IMG/VR virus record: IMGVR_UViG_3300049489_000494
Location: 1-58,295 of that record
Length of the DNA: 58,295 nucleotides
DNA from: a virus
Taxonomy: Duplodnaviria > Caudoviricetes
Strand: one strand, 5' to 3'
The notes below the pieces were generated by a model. The model searched no databases, was not told the DNA's origin, and was given only the letters and a program-made list of their open reading frames with translations. Below, piece after piece: positions 47,868 to 57,135 of the stretch. Both the position numbers and the translations under genes were made by a program. Numbering within the stretch: the first letter of the stretch is position 1; every line of letters begins with the position of its first letter.

Positions 47868-50311
47868 CTAGATCTAACTCCTCTACCTATTCTACTATTC
47901 CCATTTCTAATACTCTGATTGCGCTGCTTCCTACGCTCATTCTCTAGGTATAACCACTCATGCCATGCTACAGGCTTGAGATTAGGATCTGCCTTCGGTA
48001 TTAGATCAGCGAAGTATTGAGCCGTATCTAGGAGATGGTAGCTCGATGCATTAACAATACGTGATTCTCCATTAGGAGCCCATCTACAACTACGGAATTC
48101 TCCGATTAGATTAGTACACTTCGGTGATATCAATAATCTAACTCCTAATGAACTACGTAAGCCCATTATTAGTTCAGCCTTTCTACTATTCTTATCATAG
48201 GGAGACATATATGGAGGGGTGATTCCAGCTGCAGCAGCTCTACCTAGATACCATGCCTCATGTGGATCACATATTCTCCTGATTATATTAACATGTCGAG
48301 TGCGCTCACGCATCTCCTCTACAATTCGAACAGGATCTAGTATATCCTCTATATACTCAGCAACTATACAATACCATATAGATGTAGCAGGATCCTCTGC
48401 CCAGAGTGTATATCCGAACTTAGACTTCAGTGCAGGATCTACTGATTCTACATGTCTCCATTGTGGGGAGTAGTTAATAGGCTCACGTACATGGATAGCA
48501 GGATCGAGCTCATATACAGAATCCTCACCAACAGACCATGCTCCATAGAGGATAGTATTGCGATACTCCTCTGTATATCCATTCAACTTATCTAGTTCCT
48601 CTTGTATACGAGCTGCATACAGTGGGTTATCCAATTTACTGAGTGAATACTTCCGGCCAGTAGGTTCACTAGCACTATCTACAATCTTCCTAATCTCATC
48701 ATTCCTGAACTTAGGAGTGAAGGTGGCTAGGAAGTAGCCATTACGTGCAGCAACTCGCTGTTGGAGCTCCTCTAATACATATATACTAGAAGGCATCTCA
48801 TCTAACCACACATAGTGAGCAACATAACCCTGCATGTGCTTCCTATGTTTCTCCGAACTATCATTATGTGATAGGAATACAATTGTATCTCCAGTATCAA
48901 TATTCTCTACTGACTGCAGAGATCCACCAACACGCCTCTCCTTCCATTTACTAGTATCTAGGAATTGTGCCAGCTTCTTCCCCCAGAGTTCTATGTCCAT
49001 CATCTTCCGGTCCTGACCTGCTACTATTATTAGTAGTGGTTCAGTTCCCCACTCAGCTGGACGTACCCATGTTGGATGTGTATTAGTTAGAATCCATGTG
49101 ATCTCACGAGCAGCTAGACCCGACTTACCTGAGTTATGAGTTACTAATCCATTTGCTAGACAGTATAGATTAGTTGAGGACTCAACATGTATATCATATG
49201 TATTCACTAACTCAGTAGATCCATTGTGCTTAGCTCCAATCCAATCAGGATTAGTTCTAGTAGCTACTAGATCTGAATATTCTGGCTTCCATTTCTTACT
49301 AGGAGTTACTAGATATGGATCTAACTCATGTAATATACGCTTAGAATATGCATTATTAGCACATCTAATTGAATATGTAGGGCCATTTACGAACTTATCC
49401 CTATCATTAGTATATATAGTTAATTGTGTCTGCCATAGAGCTAGAAATGCATATTGTAGTACTTCCAATACTGTCCTAGCTTGCATCTCAGTCGATATAC
49501 ATAATGTATTCCAACTATCCATGTAGATAGATCCATCAGTATCTATAATACCAGCTACGAATGCTAGTAATGTATCTCTATCCCATCCTCTAACTACATT
49601 GATATCTACCCATTTCTCATGAGCATATCTATCTCGGCACCATTCATTGTAGTACTTAACCTCAGCTCTGCCTATATGCCATGTATAATTCTCACCACCA
49701 CACTTAACTGCAGTAGTTCCACATATATTAGACAACTTATTAGGTATATTAGAATCAGCTGATGATATATAGATCTGCTTACCACCAGCCATACTACATC
49801 CATCACCTAGTAGTGCAGCTATTGCATAGGCCATATCAGGTTCATGTATACTACCAAGTGGAGTATTAAGTTCAACTCGACGAATCTGACTATCTCTATG
49901 GAATTTATCCACAGTTCTCTCACCATCCCTAGTTAGAAATGTATGGTTAGTTGTACACTTAGCTTGAATCATTCCTCTATTAGTTAGAGTTACTACTTCA
50001 CGGGGTCCATTATTGAATACCTGCAATACTCTGATAGGAGAACCATGTTCATTATATACTAGATCATCTATCCTGAGCTCCTCAATTGGTATTGGACCAT
50101 GAGGAGTTGCTACTAGGGTGCCCTCAGCTAGACATTGATTTCCTGCTACTACCCACCTGAATTTGATGAGTCCTATATCGTCTAGTATTGTCTGCTGAGC
50201 TGCTGTAGGTCTGGACGTAACATCAGACGGATCGAAGCATTCTGCTAATTGCAGTTGCCGCATTCTATTAACTGCGGATGCTACTAATTGTTGTTGTCTG
50301 ATGTCGGCCAT
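47855..50311 (-). CDS. terL: terminase large subunit, intein-interrupted
   Basis: Walker A AGNQ/SGKS re-forms after intein removal; Walker B VWLDE; FTP coupling motif; nuclease VDP...HLLDTAQY; likely start MADIRQ at 50311. Confidence 0.92.
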   Translation of the reverse strand: MADIRQQQLVASAVNRMRQLQLAECFDPSDVTSRPTAAQQTILDDIGLIKFRWVVAGNQCLAEGTLVATPHGPIPIEELRIDDLVYNEHGSPIRVLQVFNNGPREVVTLTNRGMIQAKCTTNHTFLTRDGERTVDKFHRDSQIRRVELNTPLGSIHEPDMAYAIAALLGDGCSMAGGKQIYISSADSNIPNKLSNICGTTAVKCGGENYTWHIGRAEVKYYNEWCRDRYAHEKWVDINVVRGWDRDTLLAFVAGIIDTDGSIYMDSWNTLCISTEMQARTVLEVLQYAFLALWQTQLTIYTNDRDKFVNGPTYSIRCANNAYSKRILHELDPYLVTPSKKWKPEYSDLVATRTNPDWIGAKHNGSTELVNTYDIHVESSTNLYCLANGLVTHNSGKSGLAAREITWILTNTHPTWVRPAEWGTEPLLIIVAGQDRKMMDIELWGKKLAQFLDTSKWKERRVGGSLQSVENIDTGDTIVFLSHNDSSEKHRKHMQGYVAHYVWLDEMPSSIYVLEELQQRVAARNGYFLATFTPKFRNDEIRKIVDSASEPTGRKYSLSKLDNPLYAARIQEELDKLNGYTEEYRNTILYGAWSVGEDSVYELDPAIHVREPINYSPQWRHVESVDPALKSKFGYTLWAEDPATSIWYCIVAEYIEDILDPVRIVEEMRERTRHVNIIRRICDPHEAWYLGRAAAAGITPPYMSPYDKNSRKAELIMGLRSSLGVRLLISPKCTNLIGEFRSCRWAPNGESRIVNASSYHLLDTAQYFADLIPKADPNLKPVAWHEWLYLENERRKQRNQSIRNGNSRIGRGVRSRWNR
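49133..50134 (-). mobile_element. 334-aa intein with LAGLIDADG homing endonuclease
   Basis: Starts CLAEGT, block B CTTNHTF, ends YDIHV...LVTHN followed by Ser; AALLGDG and AGIIDTDG motifs. Confidence 0.93.
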
Positions 50312-50366
50312 TGATATTCCTGTGAGCATTACAGTATTAATATACCGTGTGTTGTCTACTGACAAC

Positions 50367-50756
50367 TCACTGCTCCTGTATTACTCTAACCTCATTCACA
50401 GTTAGTGCGGATCCAGCTCCGGTGGTCACTACTACTCGCATACTAGATCTTAGTGGTAGATATGTCCAATCTGCTGAATCATTAGCTAGTAGTCGAATTG
50501 AGTAGATACCATCTGCGGTAATCGCTACCGACTTAGCATCTACCGCCTGAGTAGTGAATCCATCGCTAGATGACTGGAGGATAGCAGTGATACCACTACC
50601 TACAGTAACTCCACTGACTACTATATCAACTACCATGTATAGAGCTCCTCCAGCAGTCACCCTACGACTCTTACTAATAGGTTCCTTCACTAGAGATGCT
50701 CCATATGATGTAGCAGCTCCATATTCAATTCCATCCATTATCCATGCATTACTCAT
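50367..50756 (-). CDS. beta-rich hypothetical virion accessory protein
   Basis: GGGAG RBS; beta-sandwich-like alternation. Confidence 0.6.
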   Translation of the reverse strand: MSNAWIMDGIEYGAATSYGASLVKEPISKSRRVTAGGALYMVVDIVVSGVTVGSGITAILQSSSDGFTTQAVDAKSVAITADGIYSIRLLANDSADWTYLPLRSSMRVVVTTGAGSALTVNEVRVIQEQ

Positions 50757-50789
50757 TCTGATTACTCCCGTATTTATATCATTACTATG

Positions 50790-51305
50790 TTATACTATAC
50801 TATTACTATATAATTCCAACCACTCATCTAGAGCTCTAGGTCCATCTACTTCTAATCTAAGAGGTACAGGTAATCCTAGTATATCGATGAGTATATATCC
50901 TATTAGTTCACTGCACACTAATGTACGGGTACCGTCTGATGTAGGATTGGCACCTAATCTGAGTAATCTAGTTAGACCCATACCTAATATCTGTAGTGAT
51001 CCGTACTCCCGACCTGCTGTTAGGATACAGTATCTCATTAGTTCCTGATGCTGCTTCTCCGTCATATGTAGAGTATGTCGCTTAACTACTACATGATTAT
51101 GATCAAACTGTATCGCCCCCACGAATCTAACACCAGTTCCAACTGCTTCGTAGTTCAATTCTACATCCAATGTAGGTGAACGCCACTGTATTCCTACATG
51201 TGAATATGGAGTGCCCTCAACTGCCCTAATAGCGTAGGATAGAGGAGCGAAGCCTCTAGGTCTTGTGAATACTATATCTAGTTGTATTGAGGAACTACTA
51301 CTCAT
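50790..51305 (-). CDS. permuted papain-like NlpC/P60 (YiiX/YebB-like) hydrolase
   Basis: His before Cys: YSHVGI...YEA...GREYG...LVCSELI. Confidence 0.8.
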   Translation of the reverse strand: MSSSSSIQLDIVFTRPRGFAPLSYAIRAVEGTPYSHVGIQWRSPTLDVELNYEAVGTGVRFVGAIQFDHNHVVVKRHTLHMTEKQHQELMRYCILTAGREYGSLQILGMGLTRLLRLGANPTSDGTRTLVCSELIGYILIDILGLPVPLRLEVDGPRALDEWLELYSNSIV

Positions 51306-51306
51306 A

Positions 51307-51957
51307 TCATGTCTTCTTATGTAGGAAGAAGTTACACTTCACAGATACAGTACTATTACCTGTATTAGTATAGACAATACGTATATATAGATTAGCTAAT
51401 ATACGTGCTGGATAATCCACCCTAACAGTTCCCTGATCCTGCTTAGATGAGGAGATCTGCCAATTAGTTGCGAATTCATTGAGTACTAGTCCAGCTCCAT
51501 ATCCTAGTACATTATCTACATCAACAACCTGGAACTTAATAGAATCTGTGAAGTTGTGATTCATGAGTATTAGTTGAGCCTCATTAATCCATCTCTCCTC
51601 AGTTAGTCGATAATCAATATTGGATACTGAGTTGGCAACTGCCTCCCCAATCACCCCTACTCCACGGAATAGATATCCATCTGTATTATTGAATGCTCTA
51701 GTTCTGATTATAGGATAACCATCGCTATCTAGATTAGGTATATCCTTGAGGTAGTTAATTGCTCTACTAATATCAGTTATATCACTACTACCATCATTAA
51801 CTACAGCAATTCCTGTAGCTATATGAGTTAATAATAGAGAGTCATTGGCCCATCTACTCAACTCCTGAGATTGAATCTCATACTGATCACTAGCCGCAAT
51901 CTCCATACCTGCATAGGTATGTGGTACTGAATCTACATTTCTAATTATATATAACAT
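51307..51957 (-). CDS. hypothetical virion-associated protein
   Basis: Clean ORF; likely start MLYIIRN. Confidence 0.6.
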   Translation of the reverse strand: MLYIIRNVDSVPHTYAGMEIAASDQYEIQSQELSRWANDSLLLTHIATGIAVVNDGSSDITDISRAINYLKDIPNLDSDGYPIIRTRAFNNTDGYLFRGVGVIGEAVANSVSNIDYRLTEERWINEAQLILMNHNFTDSIKFQVVDVDNVLGYGAGLVLNEFATNWQISSSKQDQGTVRVDYPARILANLYIRIVYTNTGNSTVSVKCNFFLHKKT

Positions 51958-51958
51958 A

Positions 51959-52423
51959 TCAATCCGGCTCCACCGATAACCAACATATAGGTCTAGCACA
52001 ACTACCAGATGTCACCTTAACCTGAATTTCGTCATTCGCACTCATTGCTGCTGATAATCCAGTTGTAATCCCAGCTCTTGATGATGTGAGTGAGGCTGTA
52101 GTTACAGTTGTAGGTCCAGACCTCTTCTGTATTGTAACAGTGAATGTAGCATTACTCTCACATACTAGAGAGATCTCTCTTAGTATACAATTTCTCACTA
52201 CCACATAACCAGCCTTATCTGAATCCACATTGGAATTGAATTCTAGGAAGCGACCAGAGGAGGCATTACCATCGAAGCCTGCACAGATTACATATCGACC
52301 CTTAGATGAGGCATTATTATTCACCTCCTCGATAGCGGCCTGTACATCTATAGCAGTGAATCCATTAGTTGAATTATTGAATGGAGTAGATGATGCAACC
52401 TGTGACTTAATAGGACCAGACAT
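51959..52423 (-). CDS. virion accessory protein
   Basis: TAIDVQAAIEEV motif, common in fibre and decoration proteins. Confidence 0.6.
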   Translation of the reverse strand: MSGPIKSQVASSTPFNNSTNGFTAIDVQAAIEEVNNNASSKGRYVICAGFDGNASSGRFLEFNSNVDSDKAGYVVVRNCILREISLVCESNATFTVTIQKRSGPTTVTTASLTSSRAGITTGLSAAMSANDEIQVKVTSGSCARPICWLSVEPD

Positions 52424-52424
52424 A

Positions 52425-52799
52425 TTAGCTCAATTCCCCTATTGCTATCTTCTTACCAGCACCACTAGCAATTAACCAGACAGCTACTCCTATAGGTAGC
52501 ATGAGGAATTCTCCCTTGAATAGTTCCATGCCAGTAGTTGTAGTTACTCCACTGGAGTAACCATAGTAGATATCATTATCTCTAGGTCTCATTACTACAT
52601 ATTTCCTATTAGCTAGAGCAGATGCTCCGACCTTCAACTCAACAGCAGTAGTTCCTATTGTTAATTCAGCATGGAGACCACTAGTTCTAGCTATATCATC
52701 TATACGTAATTGATCTAGGGTATTACCTATCGTTACTCCGGTAGTGGAGCCCCTCAGGTATACGTCATCGTTATCATCCTGTCCGAATGGAGGGCACAC
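52425..52799 (-). CDS. small beta-sandwich protein, paralog family A
   Basis: NRKYVV...IYYG...VTTTTGMEL. Confidence 0.6.
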   Translation of the reverse strand: MCPPFGQDDNDDVYLRGSTTGVTIGNTLDQLRIDDIARTSGLHAELTIGTTAVELKVGASALANRKYVVMRPRDNDIYYGYSSGVTTTTGMELFKGEFLMLPIGVAVWLIASGAGKKIAIGELS

Positions 52800-52850
52800 T
52801 AGTGAATTCCTCCTCCATTAGTTAATTGTATTATTAACACACTATACATA

Positions 52851-53087
52851 TCACCCCTGATTATTCTCAGATTCAGTATTAGGTTCTGTCTCTGCAACTC
52901 TAACTACCTCAAATACATTAGCTCTAATTCTAGGTATTAGTTGAGATTGAGCCCATCCTAGTAGACGTACATACTCAATCATATCTAACTGCTTAATTGT
53001 GAATTCAGCATGTGAATTAATCATATTGAGTAACTTGATTAACTTCGATACATCGTCCTCTGAGAACTTATTATTAGGTAGACTCAT
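52851..53087 (-). CDS. hypothetical protein
   Basis: AGGAG RBS; has its own promoter. Confidence 0.65.
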   Translation of the reverse strand: MSLPNNKFSEDDVSKLIKLLNMINSHAEFTIKQLDMIEYVRLLGWAQSQLIPRIRANVFEVVRVAETEPNTESENNQG

Positions 53088-53148
53088 ACTACTCCTATTA
53101 CCACTCCTGAATTAGAATATGGCGGGAGCACGTATGCCCCCACCACCT

Positions 53149-53177
53149 ATTATACATTATTGTATATGCAATGTCCA
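53149..53177 (-). promoter_or_regulatory. sigma70-like promoter
   Basis: - strand reads TGGACA-17 bp-TATAAT in an intergenic gap. Confidence 0.65.
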
Positions 53178-53207
53178 CTACTATCTAGTATTACATTAAC
53201 TATATAA

Positions 53208-54335
53208 CTAGCTAAGTTCCAATGCCCTAACTTCGTTAGTACCAGTAGAACTAATTGCATATATATTAATAGCAGAACCAGCTCTCATTTCCATATATGA
53301 ACGAGGAGACAGTGGGAATCCATCTGCATCTGTAACACCTGAACCACCTAGATATACCTTATGTTCGCCATTATTATATAGGAATAAGTACTTACGGTTA
53401 GTTAGATCAGATGCAATGATATCAGTAGCAGTTGTAGTGATATCCTCTACTGTATTAACTATAGCTGTATTAGCTAGAGCTACGTCACCTGATGTAGTAC
53501 TTAGAGCAACTCTTAATTCATTACTAGAATTCATTGAGAATGGGACGTAATCACCATCAGCAGCGAATGGTCCACCAGCATCAGATCTAACAGCTAGAGA
53601 CATCATACCCATATGACCGCTAGAGTGAACTGAATCCTCAGCATGAGATAGGCTCTCGATCTCACTACGGATAGCAGTAGTATCTATACGGATCTGATCT
53701 GCATCTGCTTCGATATTATCTAGGGATGTATTAGCTGATTGTAACTCAGTGATGATACTAGATGTATCTATGTCGATTGCAGCAACTGATGCTTCGATTG
53801 CATCGAGTGACGCATTAGCTAGTACTAATTGATCGTAGCTATCCTTATCGTGAACCCAGAGCTCTCCATTGGAGTTCACATTGAATGATGCATAGTCACC
53901 ATCAGCCGATGTACCAGATGATCTAGTATCACGACGAACTGCTAGACTGAATGCTCCTAGATCTCCACTGACATGGGCAGAATCCTCTGCATATACATAG
54001 TCGAAGTCTACATCTAGATCTGCTAGAACATGTAGAGCTCCGCCAGTAGATCTGAGTCTATCCCAGTTATCACCAACTGAGTCATATCCATAATTGAAGG
54101 ATCTAGAATCCAATCCCCGGAATGTATTGGCAATATTATCCGATGCTCCAGTACCACTAGTTATAGCATTACCAGAACCATCGAAGAGAGCAGATGCTAC
54201 ATTGAGCCAGTCCTCACTATTGATCGACTTCGTATCGATCAGTGTTCCTGTGTTGGTGAGTAGATGCGACCCCACCTTATCGCTGTCTGCAATTGTAGCT
54301 GCAGACGTTGCATTGAAGTGCAGTTGATCTTTCAT
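53208..54335 (-). CDS. virion accessory protein with duplicated AEDSxHxSG...ADGDY domain and C-terminal family A domain
   Basis: YAEDSAHVSGDLG...ADGDYASF and HAEDSVHSSGHMG...ADGDYVPF; NRKYLF...VYLG...GFPL. Confidence 0.7.
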   Translation of the reverse strand: MKDQLHFNATSAATIADSDKVGSHLLTNTGTLIDTKSINSEDWLNVASALFDGSGNAITSGTGASDNIANTFRGLDSRSFNYGYDSVGDNWDRLRSTGGALHVLADLDVDFDYVYAEDSAHVSGDLGAFSLAVRRDTRSSGTSADGDYASFNVNSNGELWVHDKDSYDQLVLANASLDAIEASVAAIDIDTSSIITELQSANTSLDNIEADADQIRIDTTAIRSEIESLSHAEDSVHSSGHMGMMSLAVRSDAGGPFAADGDYVPFSMNSSNELRVALSTTSGDVALANTAIVNTVEDITTTATDIIASDLTNRKYLFLYNNGEHKVYLGGSGVTDADGFPLSPRSYMEMRAGSAINIYAISSTGTNEVRALELS

Positions 54336-54412
54336 GATTACTCCTGTATATGTGTGTGATCACCGAGCAATATGCTCAGTTAGTTATTGATTGATATACC
54401 TAGCATTAATTA

Positions 54413-54763
54413 CTACGACCAACTAATAATCTCCATTAATTGACCAGATCCAGCAGATTGCACATATATTGTATATACTACTGTAGGATCTAGATTATTC
54501 TCTCTACTCATAGATCTAGGTGCCATCTCGTAGTAGTTAGCTACTGTATTTCCTGCTATATATGCTACCTGTAGTATTCTACTACCGACATTATGTAGTC
54601 TGAATCTGACAGTACCTAGAGGTAGAGTATAGGAATACTCAGTAGCTGCTGCTGGTATTGATAATCGCTGTATAATATTAGGTGATGACGCAATTAGACC
54701 ATCAACTGTAGTTGTAGTACTACCTGTATCTAGGGAGCCACCTGTAGGTGTGAACTTCGACAT
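54413..54763 (-). CDS. small beta-sandwich protein, probable family A relative
   Basis: RFRLHNVG...LQVAY...IYVQS pattern. Confidence 0.55.
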   Translation of the reverse strand: MSKFTPTGGSLDTGSTTTTVDGLIASSPNIIQRLSIPAAATEYSYTLPLGTVRFRLHNVGSRILQVAYIAGNTVANYYEMAPRSMSRENNLDPTVVYTIYVQSAGSGQLMEIISWS

Positions 54764-54835
54764 ACTAAGTAATACTCCAGTTCATATCTATAGGAATAGA
54801 TATATTAATGCGAACTCGATTAATTACACAGCACA

Positions 54836-55483
54836 TTAACTAGTCGCCTCTATCAATCGCACATCTATAGATGTACTACCAACTGCATAGATCTCCTGAC
54901 CTGCCTCTATATCTATACCGATACACTCACCACCGCCCATCGGATAACCGATTGTAGTGGTAGCCTCTGCTAGCTTGAATCCGATGTATAGTATGGAATT
55001 AGGTGTATTATTCTTGATGACGATACCTGCCCTATCTACCAGTGCAGCTGGAATCAGTAGTGCGGGTGTAGTTGTAACTGGTGCTGGAGATGCTCTAAGT
55101 TCAGTTGCACCCAGGATACGGGCACTAGTTGTACCTGATCCCATTCCACGACCCACTACTTGTAGATTACATGATCCTGTATATTCTATAACTAATATAG
55201 AATTAGACATGGTATCTGCCGACTTCTTGAGTAGGAGATCGGTAGTAGGTGCAGTTATCTGTGGGAATCTGATGATCTCAACATCCTCACCAGGAGATGT
55301 ATACGTCAGTACATATACATCTAATGTTCCACTAGTTAGCGTACGTACGTATAATGAGACTAGTAATGAATCTGAATCTAGAACAAAGGAGACACGACGA
55401 GATCCAGAGCCTACTAATTCTCCATTGAATAGAGAATGAGACTCTGATCTACCTATACGGTAGCTATGGTTAGATGATGACAT
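54836..55483 (-). CDS. two-domain beta protein with C-terminal family A domain
   Basis: DRAGIVIKNN...LYIG...GYPM...IYAVG...VRLIE. Confidence 0.6.
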   Translation of the reverse strand: MSSSNHSYRIGRSESHSLFNGELVGSGSRRVSFVLDSDSLLVSLYVRTLTSGTLDVYVLTYTSPGEDVEIIRFPQITAPTTDLLLKKSADTMSNSILVIEYTGSCNLQVVGRGMGSGTTSARILGATELRASPAPVTTTPALLIPAALVDRAGIVIKNNTPNSILYIGFKLAEATTTIGYPMGGGECIGIDIEAGQEIYAVGSTSIDVRLIEATS

Positions 55484-56039
55484 CTAATAATCCCTCAGAT
55501 AGGGCCTGATCTGCAGTCATTATATAATCACTGGTGCATCGCCTGCGCCAGTATTGAGCATTCTTACTACTATCCATCACACTACTACGTAGAGCATAGA
55601 TGTCATACATCTGCTTCCGTATAATGCGGGAATGATCAGCCCATCGTTCGAATGATATCGCCCCCGTCTCACTCGAATTAGTACCATCATGTATCATTAT
55701 TGTTGAGTGGCGTGTGGCCTCCCGTACATCTCCTGCCTGGAGAATAATGGAGGCCATCGACATTGCCTGTCCAACTACTCTGATACTTACCTCATGTGGT
55801 AGTGCACTGATGACATCGTATATCGCTATACCATGTTCCCAATCACCACCCTCAGAGTTGAGGTATATTACAATGGGCTGATCGCCCGACTTCCTTAGTA
55901 TATCTATGTTAGTGAGTGTCCTAGAGGTTAACTCCAGATCAATCTCACCGAATATGTTGATACTACGTGCTTCAACTGAGAGTCCCCATTCATGATATCG
56001 ATCAATCGAATCACCCCTTGTTGCCCTCCCCATCGCCAT
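55470..56039 (-). CDS. clpP: ClpP-family protease
   Basis: IYLNSEGG...GIAIYD, QAMSMASIILQAG (Ser), IMIH (His), DYIMTADQALSEGLLD (Asp). Confidence 0.9.
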   Translation of the reverse strand: MAMGRATRGDSIDRYHEWGLSVEARSINIFGEIDLELTSRTLTNIDILRKSGDQPIVIYLNSEGGDWEHGIAIYDVISALPHEVSIRVVGQAMSMASIILQAGDVREATRHSTIMIHDGTNSSETGAISFERWADHSRIIRKQMYDIYALRSSVMDSSKNAQYWRRRCTSDYIMTADQALSEGLLDVII

Positions 56040-56547
56040 CCGTATTATCTCCGTCTGCTAACTGTCGTTGATTCTGATTACCAGTATTGATTGTAACACC
56101 CTGTCTATCTAACCACTGCTGGAGCTCGTGTGGACCCATTCTATTGATCCTCTCATCTAGCAACTTCTCCTTAGCATACTTCCGTGGCATCTTATCAGTT
56201 GCCTCTAGGAGTAGCTTCGCTGCATTCACCCTAGCACTTGCATTAGCATCTGGATCTACCAGTAATTGTTCTAGGGTATCTAGAGCTATATGTGCTAGAT
56301 ACTCGGTCCTCTGTCTGAATTCATCCCTATTAGTGAACCATTCCCTGAATCCAGGTTGTGACCACCACTTCGACACCCGACCGTCATTAGTTATCTGCAT
56401 CACTGCAGCTAGTGTGATTGAATTACTGTCAGTAGTGGGATTATCACCCCATACTGCCCAGTATGCTGCCTTAACCTGTCTCTGTGTCGGAGTAGGTACA
56501 TATACCATATCCTCCACCAATGCTGCTATATTACTCAGATTACTCAT
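56011..56547 (-). CDS. putative terminase small subunit / HTH protein
   Basis: SKWWSQPGFREWF and ASARVNAAKLLLE helices; near the start of the packaging operon. Confidence 0.55.
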   Translation of the reverse strand: MSNLSNIAALVEDMVYVPTPTQRQVKAAYWAVWGDNPTTDSNSITLAAVMQITNDGRVSKWWSQPGFREWFTNRDEFRQRTEYLAHIALDTLEQLLVDPDANASARVNAAKLLLEATDKMPRKYAKEKLLDERINRMGPHELQQWLDRQGVTINTGNQNQRQLADGDNTDGDGEGNKG

Positions 56548-56565
56548 CTATATATACTCATATCA

Positions 56566-56946
56566 CTAGTGCTTCAGCTTGGGTATATCGAATCCATTGA
56601 GTCGGAGCATGGTCTCAATCTCAGCCTCAACCTCCTGCTCTAATTCGAATTCGATTGGATCATTGGCATCCCCAACTACAGCTACATGGAGGAATCGGTC
56701 CTCCGGTATATTGACCGCTAGAGTGGCTAATCCCCTCCTGGATACGTCCAGATCTCGGATATAGCCCTGAGCCTCCAACCATGTTAGATACTCTCTGAGT
56801 CGTCCTAATGGGACTCTGAGATGTCTAGAGAATGGTCCTAGCTGTATATCTACAGTATCTCCCATCCACTCCATGAACTGGAAGCGGCCCCACATTATTA
56901 GAATGAGACACTTGAATGGATTTAGTCTATGTTTTCGAGTGCCCAT
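56566..56946 (-). CDS. putative winged-helix DNA-binding protein
   Basis: FSRHLRVPLGRLREYLTWLEAQGYI pattern; first gene after the leftward promoter. Confidence 0.5.
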   Translation of the reverse strand: MGTRKHRLNPFKCLILIMWGRFQFMEWMGDTVDIQLGPFSRHLRVPLGRLREYLTWLEAQGYIRDLDVSRRGLATLAVNIPEDRFLHVAVVGDANDPIEFELEQEVEAEIETMLRLNGFDIPKLKH

Positions 56947-56975
56947 GTTATCCTAATACTAGTTGCCATGTAATT

Positions 56976-57004
56976 ATTGTATCATAGTTAGACAGTGAAG
57001 TCAA
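56976..57004 (-). promoter_or_regulatory. leftward sigma70 promoter (virion block)
   Basis: - strand reads TTGACT-17 bp-TACAAT with extended -10 TG. Confidence 0.7.
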
Positions 57005-57107
57005 GTGTTAATTATTATTAATAGTAGTAGTGTAGTAGTGATATTACTGGTCGAACTAACTACTAGATAGATAACAATCGATAATTACTAGTCTATCTAG
57101 ATAGTAG

Positions 57108-57135
57108 TTGACAATTCTGTGGTATGTGGTATAAT
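57108..57135 (+). promoter_or_regulatory. rightward consensus sigma70 promoter
   Basis: TTGACA-16 bp-TATAAT with extended -10 TG. Confidence 0.8.

Noticed and set aside
21886-56764. Plus-strand ORFs inside the virion block (e.g. 28966, 40807, 50554, 54957, 56087)
   Set aside because: They overlap well-supported minus-strand genes and read as antisense shadows
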